The notes under the pieces are model-generated. The model searched no databases. It had not been told where the DNA came from and was given only the letters and a program-made list of their open reading frames with translations. A stretch of 64,000 nt of DNA from Gammaproteobacteria bacterium (GTDB lineage: Bacteria; Pseudomonadota; Gammaproteobacteria; G965277405): contig OZ255726.1 of assembly GCA_965277405.1 (NCBI GenBank), positions 1,568,001-1,632,000 on the forward strand, written 5' to 3'. A program made the position numbers and the translations under genes. Below, piece by piece: positions 11,284 to 20,782 of the stretch (within the stretch, counting starts at the first letter, position 1; every line of letters begins with the position of its first letter).

Positions 11284-12498
11284 ATGAACAACATCAACAA
11301 AATTGTCCTCGCTTATTCTGGCGGGCTGGATACTTCAGTCATCGCCAAGTGGCTGATGGACACGTATCAAGCTGAAATCATCACTTTTACGGCGAATATT
11401 GGTCAAGGAGAAGAGGTTGAGCAGGCGCGAGCAAAAGCGCAGCAGCTTGGCATTGATAATATCTATATTGAAGACCTGCAAGAGGAATTTGTTCGTGACT
11501 TTGTCTACCCGATGTTGCGCGCCAATGCGCTTTACGAAGGTGAGTATTTGCTCGGCACTGCGATTGCACGACCATTGATTGCCAAGCGACTAATTGCGAT
11601 TGCTGCTGCACATAACGCTGAGGCAATTGCCCATGGTGCCACTGGCAAAGGCAATGACCAAGTACGCTTTGAATTGAATGCGTATGCATTGAATCCAAAC
11701 ATTCAAGTCGTCGCACCTTGGCGTGAGTGGGATTTAAATTCCCGCAGCTCGCTATTAGCGTATTGCCAACAACATGGGATTGCTGTCGAGCAACAACGTG
11801 ACGATAAACCTCCATATTCGACCGATGCAAACCTGCTGCATACTTCGTTTGAAGGTGGTCAACTTGAAGACCCAAACACAACCGCTCCTGAAAACATGTG
11901 GCAACGCACCGTATCTATTGAAAACGCCCCTAATCAAAGTGAGGATATCGCCATCACTTTTGACCAAGGCGATGCGGTTCGATTGCACGATACCCCATTC
12001 ACCCCGGCGCAATTACTCACTGAGTTAAACCTGATAGCAGGCAAACATGGTGTAGGTCGTGCAGATATTGTTGAAAACAGATACGTAGGGATGAAGTCGC
12101 GCGGCTGCTATGAAACCCCAGGCGGGACAGTATTGTTAAAAGCACACCGGGCGATTGAGTCAATAACGCTTGACAGAGAACAAGCCCATTTGAAAGATTC
12201 ATTGATGCCACGCTACGCTGAAATGATTTATAACGGCTATTGGTTTGCCCCAGAACGCCACAGCCTGCAGCAATTGATCGATCATACCCAGCACAACGTT
12301 AATGGTGTGGTGCGGCTACGCATTTATAAAGGCAACGTGATTGTGCTTGGACGCAGCTCGCCAAACAGCTTGTATGACGCCAATATTGCCAGTTTTGAAG
12401 CAGACCAGGGCGCGTATAACCAACAAGACGCCGCAGGGTTTATTCGCTTACACGCGCTGCGCCTCAAACTGCAACATAACAGTCGCGGTGGTCAATAG
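11284..12498 (+). CDS. argG: Argininosuccinate synthase
   Basis: [23 protein letters not shown] and [18 protein letters not shown] motifs. Confidence 0.98.
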   Translation: MNNINKIVLAYSGGLDTSVIAKWLMDTYQAEIITFTANIGQGEEVEQARAKAQQLGIDNIYIEDLQEEFVRDFVYPMLRANALYEGEYLLGTAIARPLIAKRLIAIAAAHNAEAIAHGATGKGNDQVRFELNAYALNPNIQVVAPWREWDLNSRSSLLAYCQQHGIAVEQQRDDKPPYSTDANLLHTSFEGGQLEDPNTTAPENMWQRTVSIENAPNQSEDIAITFDQGDAVRLHDTPFTPAQLLTELNLIAGKHGVGRADIVENRYVGMKSRGCYETPGGTVLLKAHRAIESITLDREQAHLKDSLMPRYAEMIYNGYWFAPERHSLQQLIDHTQHNVNGVVRLRIYKGNVIVLGRSSPNSLYDANIASFEADQGAYNQQDAAGFIRLHALRLKLQHNSRGGQ

Positions 12499-12525
12499 AG
12501 GTGGAAATTACGCTGGCTACGCTAA

Positions 12526-12806
12526 GGAAGTTCTGATTAAGTCCATGACGGGCGAGACGGAGAAAAAACGCTGATGATAACTAGACTCAGTGCGCAGATA
12601 ATACTGGTGGTATTATCAAGTGCTGCAACGACGTTAGCGCAGCGTTTTTTCCCGTCCTTCTGTTGAATATACTTTGGGTTTGCTGCCATTGCTGCGCTTG
12701 CTGTGTTGCATCCCTTTGCGTATATGCTACGGCATGCGCTTAGCGCCTTGCAATCATCAGCAATGGCAGGCAAACTCGCTCCATCAGCGACTTAATCAGA
12801 GGTTCC
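12526..12806 (-). mobile_element. Complete MITE copy, reverse orientation
   Basis: Terminal inverted repeats GGAAGTTCTGATTAAGTC / GACTTAATCAGAGGTTCC; CTAA direct repeat at 12522-12525 and 12807-12810. Confidence 0.92.
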
Positions 12807-12902
12807 CTAACATCCAATACTTCCTACCGCCAATTGAAATCTTGTCGCTGTTTCATATTTGGTGGAATGGGATAGTTGGGAGTGTGTGGTATCAGCTTTA
12901 CT

Positions 12903-13493
12903 ATGGATAACGTGACTATGGATAACGCGCCACGACAGCCAATAATCGCTGGAGTAGATGAAGCTGGTCGTGGCCCATTAGCCGGGGCAGTATATGCCGC
13001 TGCGGTGGTGCTCGACCCTACGCATCCGCTGCAAGGCTTAGCAGATTCAAAAAAATTATCGGCGGCAAAACGCGCAACGTTGCGGGTGCAAATCCAGCAA
13101 CACGCGCTTGACTGGTGCATTGCCAGTGCCAGCGTTGCAGAAATTGACACGCTTAATATTCTGCAAGCAACCTTACTGGCGATGCGGCGTGCCGTTGCTG
13201 GACTATTAACTATACCACAGCAAATCCTTGTTGATGGTAATGCCAATCCAGCCAAACATGACCCGCGCTTTGTATGCCATGTTAGCGGAGATGCAACGTT
13301 TGCCTGCATTAGCGCGGCATCTATTTTGGCGAAAACAGAGCGTGATGCAGCAATGCTGGTGCTCGATAGCTATTATCCACAATATGGGTTTGCTCAACAC
13401 AAGGGCTATCCGACAGCTGTGCATCGCCAGAATATTGCAGCATATGGCGCTAGTATTGTGCATCGTCACAGTTTTCGTTTAACGAAAGCCTGA
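12903..13493 (+). CDS. rnhB: Ribonuclease HII
   Basis: AGVDEAGRGPLAG, DSKKLS, ISAASILAK and HKGYPT motifs. The start region is a 15-bp tandem duplication, so ATG 12918 is an alternative start. Confidence 0.95.
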   Translation: MDNVTMDNAPRQPIIAGVDEAGRGPLAGAVYAAAVVLDPTHPLQGLADSKKLSAAKRATLRVQIQQHALDWCIASASVAEIDTLNILQATLLAMRRAVAGLLTIPQQILVDGNANPAKHDPRFVCHVSGDATFACISAASILAKTERDAAMLVLDSYYPQYGFAQHKGYPTAVHRQNIAAYGASIVHRHSFRLTKA

Positions 13494-13677
13494 TGAAATC
13501 AAGCAATTGCAACAAACTCGCCCCGTCAGCGCGTTAATCAGCAGTTGCGAATGGATGCTTGGCAGATAGCACATCTACTAAGATGTTGGCTCGCTTGCTG
13601 GATGATTCCAATATGATGCAAAATTGCGTTGCAATCATCAAGATTGGTTTGCGCATTCGCTTGAATAAGAAGGTATT

Positions 13678-14712
13678 ATGCCAGCTATGATTAAAACTGA
13701 TGTTGTCGTTATTGGTGCTGGCCCTTGCGGTATTTTCCAAATTTTCGAGCTGGGTATTCATGGGCTGCAAGTCCATGTTGTAGAAACCTTAGCCGTAGCA
13801 GGCGGACAATGCGCCGAACTGTATCCTGATAAACCTATTTACGACATCCCCGCTTTGCCAGTATGCAGCGCCCAAGAACTGACTGACCGGCTCCTCGAAC
13901 AAGTAGCGCCGTTCAACCCTGTATTTCACTTTAATCAGGAAGCTGTCGCTATCACCAAAAATGCTGATGGTAGCTGGATTGTCCACACCAATGCTGCCAA
14001 CAGCATTCAGTGCAAGGCCGTTGTTATTGCCGCAGGTGTTGGTGCATTTCAACCAGTGAAGTTAGCACTTGATGGTATAGATGCTTTTACCAACACTCAA
14101 TTATTCTATCGAATCATCAACCCTGCTGCGCATCATGGCAAGCAGCTTGTGGTATTTGGTGGTGGTGACTCCGCGCTTGATTGGGCGTTAGCACTCGCTA
14201 AGCATAGCTTTGTCACCTTAGTCCATCGCAGCAATTCTTTTAAAGCGCAGCAAGCATCCATCGATGCAATGCAAGCACTGTGTGCGGCCGATAAAATGGC
14301 ATGTGTCATCGGCACTGCGCAGGGGTATACCACCAACTCCGCTGGTAAAATCACCGCGGTGATTCTCCAAAGTGCCAGCGGTGCACAGTCCATTCCTTGT
14401 CAGCATATTCTTTGTTTTTACGGACTGTTACCAAAAATCGGCGCAATTGAACATTGGGGGTTAAAGATTGATAAGCGTAAGATTGTGGTTGATACAGAGC
14501 ATTTTGTCTCCTCGTCAGCAGGAATTTATGCCGTTGGTGATATTAATACGTATCCTGGGAAAAAGAAACTAATTCTTTCGGGGTTTCACGAGGCTGCATT
14601 AGTGGCTTTTTCGATTAAACAAATGCTTGAACCTAAAAAAAAGGTACACTTACAATACACAACAACTAGCCCAGCAATTCAAAAGCGTCTTGGGGTATAC
14701 TCCGATAAATAG
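13678..14712 (+). CDS. Thioredoxin-reductase-type ferredoxin-NADP+ reductase
   Basis: IGAGPCG, GGQCAELYPDKPIYDIP, GGGDSALDWA, GDINTYPGKKKLILSGFHEA and QYTTTS motifs. Confidence 0.88.
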   Translation: MPAMIKTDVVVIGAGPCGIFQIFELGIHGLQVHVVETLAVAGGQCAELYPDKPIYDIPALPVCSAQELTDRLLEQVAPFNPVFHFNQEAVAITKNADGSWIVHTNAANSIQCKAVVIAAGVGAFQPVKLALDGIDAFTNTQLFYRIINPAAHHGKQLVVFGGGDSALDWALALAKHSFVTLVHRSNSFKAQQASIDAMQALCAADKMACVIGTAQGYTTNSAGKITAVILQSASGAQSIPCQHILCFYGLLPKIGAIEHWGLKIDKRKIVVDTEHFVSSSAGIYAVGDINTYPGKKKLILSGFHEAALVAFSIKQMLEPKKKVHLQYTTTSPAIQKRLGVYSDK

Positions 14713-14736
14713 CAGTATTTCAACCAGAATATCAAC

Positions 14737-15363
14737 ATGGCAAAAGATTTTTTCTTACAACAATGCGATACAGCGCTCAAAGTACTCAGCAACGTAGCAA
14801 CTGGAACCAACAGACCTAGCCCTGCAAGCGGTGTCGCAGCAACAGCGTTGTCGACGCAGCAAAAAAAAATTGCGGGACAACTGATGCGGATAAATCATTG
14901 TGGTGAAGTCTGCGCTCAAGGTCTATATCAAGGGCAATTAGTAGGAGCGTCAAAACCCGAAATTCGCGAGCATTTGCAAGCCGCTGCAAAAGAAGAAATT
15001 GACCACCTAATTTGGTGCAAACAACGCTTAAACGAAGTCGGGGCAAAGCCCAGTGTATTGAACCCGTTGTGGTATGCAAGCTCGTTTGTGCTAGGAGCGG
15101 TCACCAGTTTGATTAGTGACCGCGTTAGCCTTGGTTTTGTTGAGGCAACAGAGAGCCAAGTCATTAGTCATTTACAACATCATCAACAAATATTGCCGCC
15201 AAAAGATAAAAGAACCCACGCGATTATCGAAGAAATGATACTCGAAGAAGAACGTCACGGACAACAGGCTATTGACGCTGGTGGCACCAGATATCCAGTG
15301 GCTATTAAACGCATAATGGCAGTGCTGGCGAAAACAATGACTGCCACGACTAAATGGATATAG
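14737..15363 (+). CDS. coq7: Demethoxyubiquinone hydroxylase (di-iron)
   Basis: MRINHCGEVCAQGLYQGQ, EEIDHL, SLGFVEATE and EEERH motifs. Confidence 0.93.
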   Translation: MAKDFFLQQCDTALKVLSNVATGTNRPSPASGVAATALSTQQKKIAGQLMRINHCGEVCAQGLYQGQLVGASKPEIREHLQAAAKEEIDHLIWCKQRLNEVGAKPSVLNPLWYASSFVLGAVTSLISDRVSLGFVEATESQVISHLQHHQQILPPKDKRTHAIIEEMILEEERHGQQAIDAGGTRYPVAIKRIMAVLAKTMTATTKWI

Positions 15364-15395
15364 CTGCATGGATATAGCTGCATGGATATAGCTGC
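15354..15395. repeat. 14-bp unit ATGGATATAGCTGC, three perfect tandem copies
   Basis: Units at 15354, 15368 and 15382; each contains both the coq7 stop context and the next gene's ATG. Confidence 0.95.
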
Positions 15396-16056
15396 GCAAC
15401 GTTCACCATTTGTTGATAACGTTCGCGGTTGGGCTGTTATCAATATGGTGGTATTTCATGCAATTTGGTTTGCTGCATTCACCGAGTTATTACCAAAGAG
15501 TATTCGTTTTGAGCGCTGGTATGACATCTGGGGGGAATGTATTTTAGCGGTATTTTTATTTTGCATGGGCTGGGGATTTTCACTTGCCAACGCCAATGGC
15601 ATACAGATACAAAAATTTTTGCGGCAATGGCTCAAAGTAGCCGCAGCCGCAGTTGCCATCACAGCCGCATCATATTGGTTTGCACCTAGTTATTTTATTT
15701 GGTTTGGAGTACTTCATTCCATGCTGGCAAGCTTGCCATTGGCGCTGCTATTGCGCGCAGCACCGTTTGCGGCAATTGCAGTTGGGCTGGTGTTAATGAC
15801 ACCGTATGTTACTACGCTGAATCAATATGTTTTTCCACCGCTGAGCAGCAGTTTTGATCACGTTGGTCTTGCCCCTTGGTTTGGCATGATCGCCTTTGGC
15901 TTAGCAGCTGGTAACTGCTCGTTGCATACATGGAGACCAATCGGCATGCATACCGCTATTGCTTGGTGCGGCAGGCATTCGTTGCTTATTTACTTACTCC
16001 ACCCACTGGTGCTGCTGGTAACTGTCAAGGGGATGAACGCCGTGCTTGAGCACTAA
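15382..16056 (+). CDS. DUF1624 / heparan-alpha-glucosaminide N-acetyltransferase-like membrane protein
   Basis: DNVRGWAVINMVVFH, FGVLH and GRHSLLIYLLH motifs; multi-TM. Confidence 0.8.
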   Translation: MDIAAQRSPFVDNVRGWAVINMVVFHAIWFAAFTELLPKSIRFERWYDIWGECILAVFLFCMGWGFSLANANGIQIQKFLRQWLKVAAAAVAITAASYWFAPSYFIWFGVLHSMLASLPLALLLRAAPFAAIAVGLVLMTPYVTTLNQYVFPPLSSSFDHVGLAPWFGMIAFGLAAGNCSLHTWRPIGMHTAIAWCGRHSLLIYLLHPLVLLVTVKGMNAVLEH

Positions 16057-16131
16057 AACCGTCGGTAATGTGCTAACAAGGAAGCTCTGTCAGTAGCTAA
16101 AATTAGCCGCAATATGCCAAGCTGGATGTGG

Positions 16132-17127
16132 TTATCTACGTTGAATGCCGCGTGCTGTTGTTTGGATAACTCCGCTCACCTCAAGCTCGAATAGTTTTTC
16201 TTGCAGTGCTATTACTTCATAACCTGTATGCTGCAATAGCTCTGCAAAGCTGATGGGCGCATCACCAATGGCACTTAGCACCGCGCATGGTGTTGCTGGT
16301 TGTTTTGGTATCGGCTTTGGTATCGGCTTTGGTATCTGCTTTGGTATAGTTAGTGGCGCTGCTATTGTGGCGTTCAGCAGCAATGCATGAGTACGCACTA
16401 TCGGCGCAATAAACTCGTGAACTTCTGCTGGAGATTCAACCAACACCGCGCCATCACGAATCAATTGATTGCAGCCTTGCGCATATACATTATCTATTGA
16501 CCCAGGTAGCACAAACACATCGCGATTTTGTTCTAATGCAGCGCGGGCACTCGTCAATGAACCGCTTTTTACTGCGGCCTCAACAATAATCACTGCCACA
16601 CACATGCCAGTAATAATGCGATTGCGTTTTGGAAAGCGCCAGGGGAGGGGGGGTGTTCCAAGCGGGAATTCGCTGATAATACAACCTTTTTCAGCAATGC
16701 GTTGGTAGAGCGTTGTATGGCATTTGGGATAGATTATATCGATGCCACAACCAAGCACAGCAACTGTTGTGCCGGTACTGAGCGCACCATGATGCGCACT
16801 ACCATCAACACCGATGGCCATACCGCTGACAACAACATATCCTAATGCGCTTAAATGCGCGGCAAAATCACGGGCATGGCGTAGCCCAACCGCAGTACCG
16901 TGGCGGCTACCAACGATGGCAATACTAGGTTGTAATAGCTGGTTGGTATCTCCATTGCCAAACAACACCGCTGGAGGCGCGGGTATTTCTCGCAGCATTG
17001 GCGGATACAATGGATCGTCTACACACAATAACTGATGTTGTGGTTGCGCTAGCCATTGCTGTGTTTGCGCAATATGCGCGGGAGAATAGCCAGAACGGCG
17101 CAAGGCCTGTTGTTGTTGTGGTGTCAT
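16132..17127 (-). CDS. dprA: DNA-protecting protein DprA (short N-terminus)
   Basis: IAIVGSR, VVSGMAIGVDGSAH, FPKRNRII and SGSLTSA motifs; IPKP-repeat linker before a winged-helix tail. Confidence 0.93.
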   Translation of the reverse strand: MTPQQQQALRRSGYSPAHIAQTQQWLAQPQHQLLCVDDPLYPPMLREIPAPPAVLFGNGDTNQLLQPSIAIVGSRHGTAVGLRHARDFAAHLSALGYVVVSGMAIGVDGSAHHGALSTGTTVAVLGCGIDIIYPKCHTTLYQRIAEKGCIISEFPLGTPPLPWRFPKRNRIITGMCVAVIIVEAAVKSGSLTSARAALEQNRDVFVLPGSIDNVYAQGCNQLIRDGAVLVESPAEVHEFIAPIVRTHALLLNATIAAPLTIPKQIPKPIPKPIPKQPATPCAVLSAIGDAPISFAELLQHTGYEVIALQEKLFELEVSGVIQTTARGIQRR

Positions 17128-17210
17128 CGCACTAGCATAAACACTAATACCCTAGTTGCAGACGCAATGCCTAATTGACTGGTACTTTAGGCATTTTGTG
17201 TTGCAGCTTG

Positions 17211-18353
17211 TTACCAACAAGCCTCCAGTAGGCGCGTGGTGTTTGCTACAGTCATCGCCACTGGGTTGCTGGCTGCGCAAGGGTCTTGTAGCGCAGCTGC
17301 GACTATTGTATCAATATCAATATCGTCAGTGCCTAACAGCGCGCTGATGGATTTGGGGATGCCAAGCGCGTGGTTTAACGTGCCGACATATTCACAAAAG
17401 CCGTCAAATCCTCCATCAATTTGTAAATATGCTGCTAATGCTGCAATCCGCGGGTGTATCACGCTGCGATTCATAGCGAGGACTGGTTGAATAAACACCG
17501 CATTTGTTGTCCCATGGTGGGCATGGTAGATTGCGCCAATTGGATGCGACACTGCGTGGATGGCTCCCAAACCTTTTTGAAATGCCACTGCTCCCATAGA
17601 TGCAGCAATCAACATCTGCTCTCGCGCCACAAGATTGCTACCATCGGTATACGCAGCGAGTAAGTTTTCCTTAACCAGCCGCATCCCTTCAATGGCGATG
17701 CCTTGAGACATTGGATGAAACGTCTTGGTGCAGTATGCCTCTAAGCAATGCGCAAAGGCATCCATCCCTGTTCCTGCTGTAATCTGTGGCGGCATACTAA
17801 CCGTCAGCTGCGCGTCAGCTATCACAATTCTCGGCATTATATTTGGATGAAAAATTATTTTTTTAGTAGCTGTTGCCGAATTCGTCAATATCCCAGATCG
17901 ACCAACCTCAGAGCCTGTCCCTGCGGTCGTAGGCACGGCAATAATTGGTGCAATCACGTTGGCGTTAGCACGTTGCCACCAATCGTCAATATCCTCAAGC
18001 TGCCATACGTCAATTGTCTGTTTTGCCATTAAAGCGACTAACTTGGCAACGTCAATCCCAGAACCACCACCAAGCGCAATCACTCCATCGTGGTTACCTG
18101 CTAAAAACTTGCTACAGCCGTGCGTTAAATTTTGTTCGGTTGGGTTCGCATCGACCGCACTAAACACCGCATATTTAATATGTGCGTCTGCTAACACAGT
18201 GCAGACGGTTTGCAGTAGCGGTAACGTTGCTAGTATTTTATCAGTGACAATCAACGGGTTGGCACAACCGATGGCAGTACATGCTGCGGATAGTTCTGCA
18301 ATACGACCAGAGCCAAAGAGAATTTTGGTAGGATAACTCCAATTTGCATGCAT
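17211..18353 (-). CDS. Iron-containing alcohol dehydrogenase
   Basis: ALGGGSGID, VPTTAGTGSE, GMDAFAHCLEAY and HHGTTNA motifs. Confidence 0.92.
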   Translation of the reverse strand: MHANWSYPTKILFGSGRIAELSAACTAIGCANPLIVTDKILATLPLLQTVCTVLADAHIKYAVFSAVDANPTEQNLTHGCSKFLAGNHDGVIALGGGSGIDVAKLVALMAKQTIDVWQLEDIDDWWQRANANVIAPIIAVPTTAGTGSEVGRSGILTNSATATKKIIFHPNIMPRIVIADAQLTVSMPPQITAGTGMDAFAHCLEAYCTKTFHPMSQGIAIEGMRLVKENLLAAYTDGSNLVAREQMLIAASMGAVAFQKGLGAIHAVSHPIGAIYHAHHGTTNAVFIQPVLAMNRSVIHPRIAALAAYLQIDGGFDGFCEYVGTLNHALGIPKSISALLGTDDIDIDTIVAAALQDPCAASNPVAMTVANTTRLLEACW

Positions 18354-18411
18354 TAGTTTTGCCCAGTAAATGAAACGGTTTTTTGGCTCGCTTGTTTGCT
18401 AGCCACGTTGA

Positions 18412-18437
18412 GGAAGCTCTGGTTAACTCCATCAAGG
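18412..18437 (-). mobile_element. Solo right-end remnant of the MITE
   Basis: GGAAGCTCTGGTTAACTCCATCAAGG compared with family right end GGAAGCTCTGATTAAGTCCATGATGG. Confidence 0.55.
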
Positions 18438-18689
18438 AGCGTGGGGGGGAGTGTCCTTCTTACTTTGTGTAGTTGTAATCAGTCTAGCACCTTGCAGCGT
18501 GAAGATAATCGTAGCGATGCAATAAACTGGATTCATCATATTGTCAATATGCTGTTTTACTGTTGTACTTGGATCCGTTGTTGGTAAATATGTTGCAATA
18601 TTTAATCGTGTGCTGGAACTTAGCGTGGCAATGTGGCAATGATGTGCATATTTGTGCCCCGTAGCATGACGACTGTCAGTGGCTACAAA

Positions 18690-19226
18690 TCAGCGCAGCA
18701 ACGCTTGTACGTGTTGGATAACTGCTTGAGCAGTTATAGTTGCCCCAGTCAAGCCATCAATTGTAGCGCCATCAACACTCAACTCCGCTTGGCTGCCAGT
18801 ATTTGGGCATTGTTGTAATTGCGCCAGCCATTTTGCTGTAAGTATACGTGCGCCGATTCCTGGTGTTTCTGCATGCTTAACTGCGCTAACGGCAATGATG
18901 CAACCAGTATCATTATTTATACCAATAAGCATCTCTATTGCTGCGGTGTATGCTTGAGCAGTCTGAGAATACAAAATGCGATATTTGCCCAACTGGTAGC
19001 TTGCAAGTATCTCGCCAAAATCGAGTTTTTGTGCTTGTTTGGTAAGCAATTGTAATTGCTTACCGGTTGCTTGTGGCAGCAACGCTTGTATTGCAGCATT
19101 TGTATGTGCTTTTTTTGCTGCGGTAAAACTAGGACGCAACGCTGTACCAATGGTAGCTAAACCTATAATGAGTGCCATGACCCATACCCCTGCAAAACAA
19201 TAGCGAAAATAGCGCATTTGATTCAA
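18690..19226 (-). CDS. RnfG-like FMN-binding protein
   Basis: N-terminal TM helix, HAETPGIGARI and flavinylation motif DGLTGATITA. Confidence 0.8.
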   Translation of the reverse strand: MNQMRYFRYCFAGVWVMALIIGLATIGTALRPSFTAAKKAHTNAAIQALLPQATGKQLQLLTKQAQKLDFGEILASYQLGKYRILYSQTAQAYTAAIEMLIGINNDTGCIIAVSAVKHAETPGIGARILTAKWLAQLQQCPNTGSQAELSVDGATIDGLTGATITAQAVIQHVQALLR

Positions 19227-19405
19227 GTGTATCCGTTGGCAAACAGGGGTGTTGGAAAAAATTCTTTTGCTTTATGCTTGCCGCATAGATTATTGGCAGG
19301 TCAGTAAAATTTTGCGGTGAACTGGTAGCGTTTGCTGACGCTAATCATAATTATTCAATACGTAGCTTATTTGCAACGGTGAGTTACTGCAATTATAGGT
19401 AATTG

Positions 19406-19451
19406 GGATAATGCCAAATCCAGTTATGGCTTGGCATTATCCATTTTTTTA
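19406..19451. terminator. Strong hairpin 3' of nrdB (possible intrinsic terminator)
   Basis: Perfect 12-bp stem GGATAATGCCAA / TTGGCATTATCC. The T-tract is on the + strand, so polarity does not obviously match nrdB. Confidence 0.5.
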
Positions 19452-19506
19452 CAGATTCTGTGTGTACAAATATTATCAGCAGCACATGCAGAACGTGTCA
19501 AAACCA

Positions 19507-20739
19507 TCAATCCCAGCTTAAGGCACCACCCATTTGGTATTCAGTCACTTTCGTTTCAAAGAAGTTTTTTTCTTTGCGCAAATCAATAATCTCAGCCATC
19601 CATGGGAATGGATTTTCTGCGTGTAGATATACTGCAGGCAGTCCAAGTTGGTTCAGCCTGCGGTTGGCGACAAAGTGTAAATATTCTTCCATCATTTTTG
19701 CATTCATCCCCAGCACACCTTCTTGCATGGTTTCGCGGGCAAATTCAACTTCTAGCTCGGTACCTTCGATAATCATTTGAATAACTTCTTGCTGAAACTC
19801 TTTTGTCCACAACTGGGGGTTTTCTGCTGCAATTCCGTTGATCAAGTCGATGCCAAAATTCACATGCATTGACTCATCGCGCAAAATATATTGAAACTGC
19901 TCAGCGACACCCATCATTTTTTTAGCACGCCCCATAGATAGAATTTGCGAAAATCCACAATAAAAAAACATCCCTTCAAGCACACAATAAAATGCGACTA
20001 AATTACGCAGTAGTTCTTGATCAGTGGCAACAGTTCCTGTTTTAAAAGCTGAATTGGCAACTTTTGCGGTGTATTTAATCCCCCAAGCTGCCTTGCGAGC
20101 AACACTGTCTACCTCATGATACATATTAAATATTTCACCAATATCCAGACCGAGTGATTCAACACAATATTGATATGAATGGGTATGCACAGCTTCTTCA
20201 AACGCTTGGCGTAATAGAAATTGGCGGCATTCAGGATTGGTAATATGGCGGTATATTGCTAGGACTAAGTTATTTGCTACCAGTGAGTCTGCTGTGGCAA
20301 AAAAACCAAGCGAGCGTTCGATTATTTGCCGCTCATTTGCCGATAATTTATCGGACTTCCATAGGGCAATATCTGCAGCCATGGATATTTCTTGCGGCAT
20401 CCATGTATTGGCACAACCTGCTAGATACCGCTTCCATGCCCAATCATATTTCATCGGTTCAATTTGATTGACGTCAGCACGGCAGTTAATTATTTTCTTG
20501 TCATCAACGCTCACTCGTAGCGCCGCTGCTTGACCTTCTAGCTCTTGCGTGCCATCTTCTAAGTTGATGTCTTGAATACTTGCTAATGCGCGTCGATAAA
20601 TTTGTTCTGCGTTGGTGCGTGGAATAGTCTGTGTTGCTACTGTGGATTGTATTGAGTTTTTCATAAGTTTCTCGTGTTGTTGTTCCTGTTTTGGCTCTGT
20701 TGCTGAGCCGCTAAATATGTCGTCTATGGGTGTTACCAT
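19507..20739 (-). CDS. nrdB: Ribonucleotide reductase class Ia beta subunit
   Basis: [18 protein letters not shown] (radical Tyr present), EGMFFY, RDESMH and [11 protein letters not shown] motifs. Confidence 0.95.
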   Translation of the reverse strand: MVTPIDDIFSGSATEPKQEQQHEKLMKNSIQSTVATQTIPRTNAEQIYRRALASIQDINLEDGTQELEGQAAALRVSVDDKKIINCRADVNQIEPMKYDWAWKRYLAGCANTWMPQEISMAADIALWKSDKLSANERQIIERSLGFFATADSLVANNLVLAIYRHITNPECRQFLLRQAFEEAVHTHSYQYCVESLGLDIGEIFNMYHEVDSVARKAAWGIKYTAKVANSAFKTGTVATDQELLRNLVAFYCVLEGMFFYCGFSQILSMGRAKKMMGVAEQFQYILRDESMHVNFGIDLINGIAAENPQLWTKEFQQEVIQMIIEGTELEVEFARETMQEGVLGMNAKMMEEYLHFVANRRLNQLGLPAVYLHAENPFPWMAEIIDLRKEKNFFETKVTEYQMGGALSWD

Positions 20740-20782
20740 GGTCTATTTTCTCCAGTTAGTGCCGCTAAGATTGCAGTTGCCC

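Noticed and set aside
19507-20739. Unusual (class Ic) ribonucleotide reductase
   Set aside because: The radical tyrosine (EAVHTHSY) and the Asp ligand are present, consistent with class Ia.
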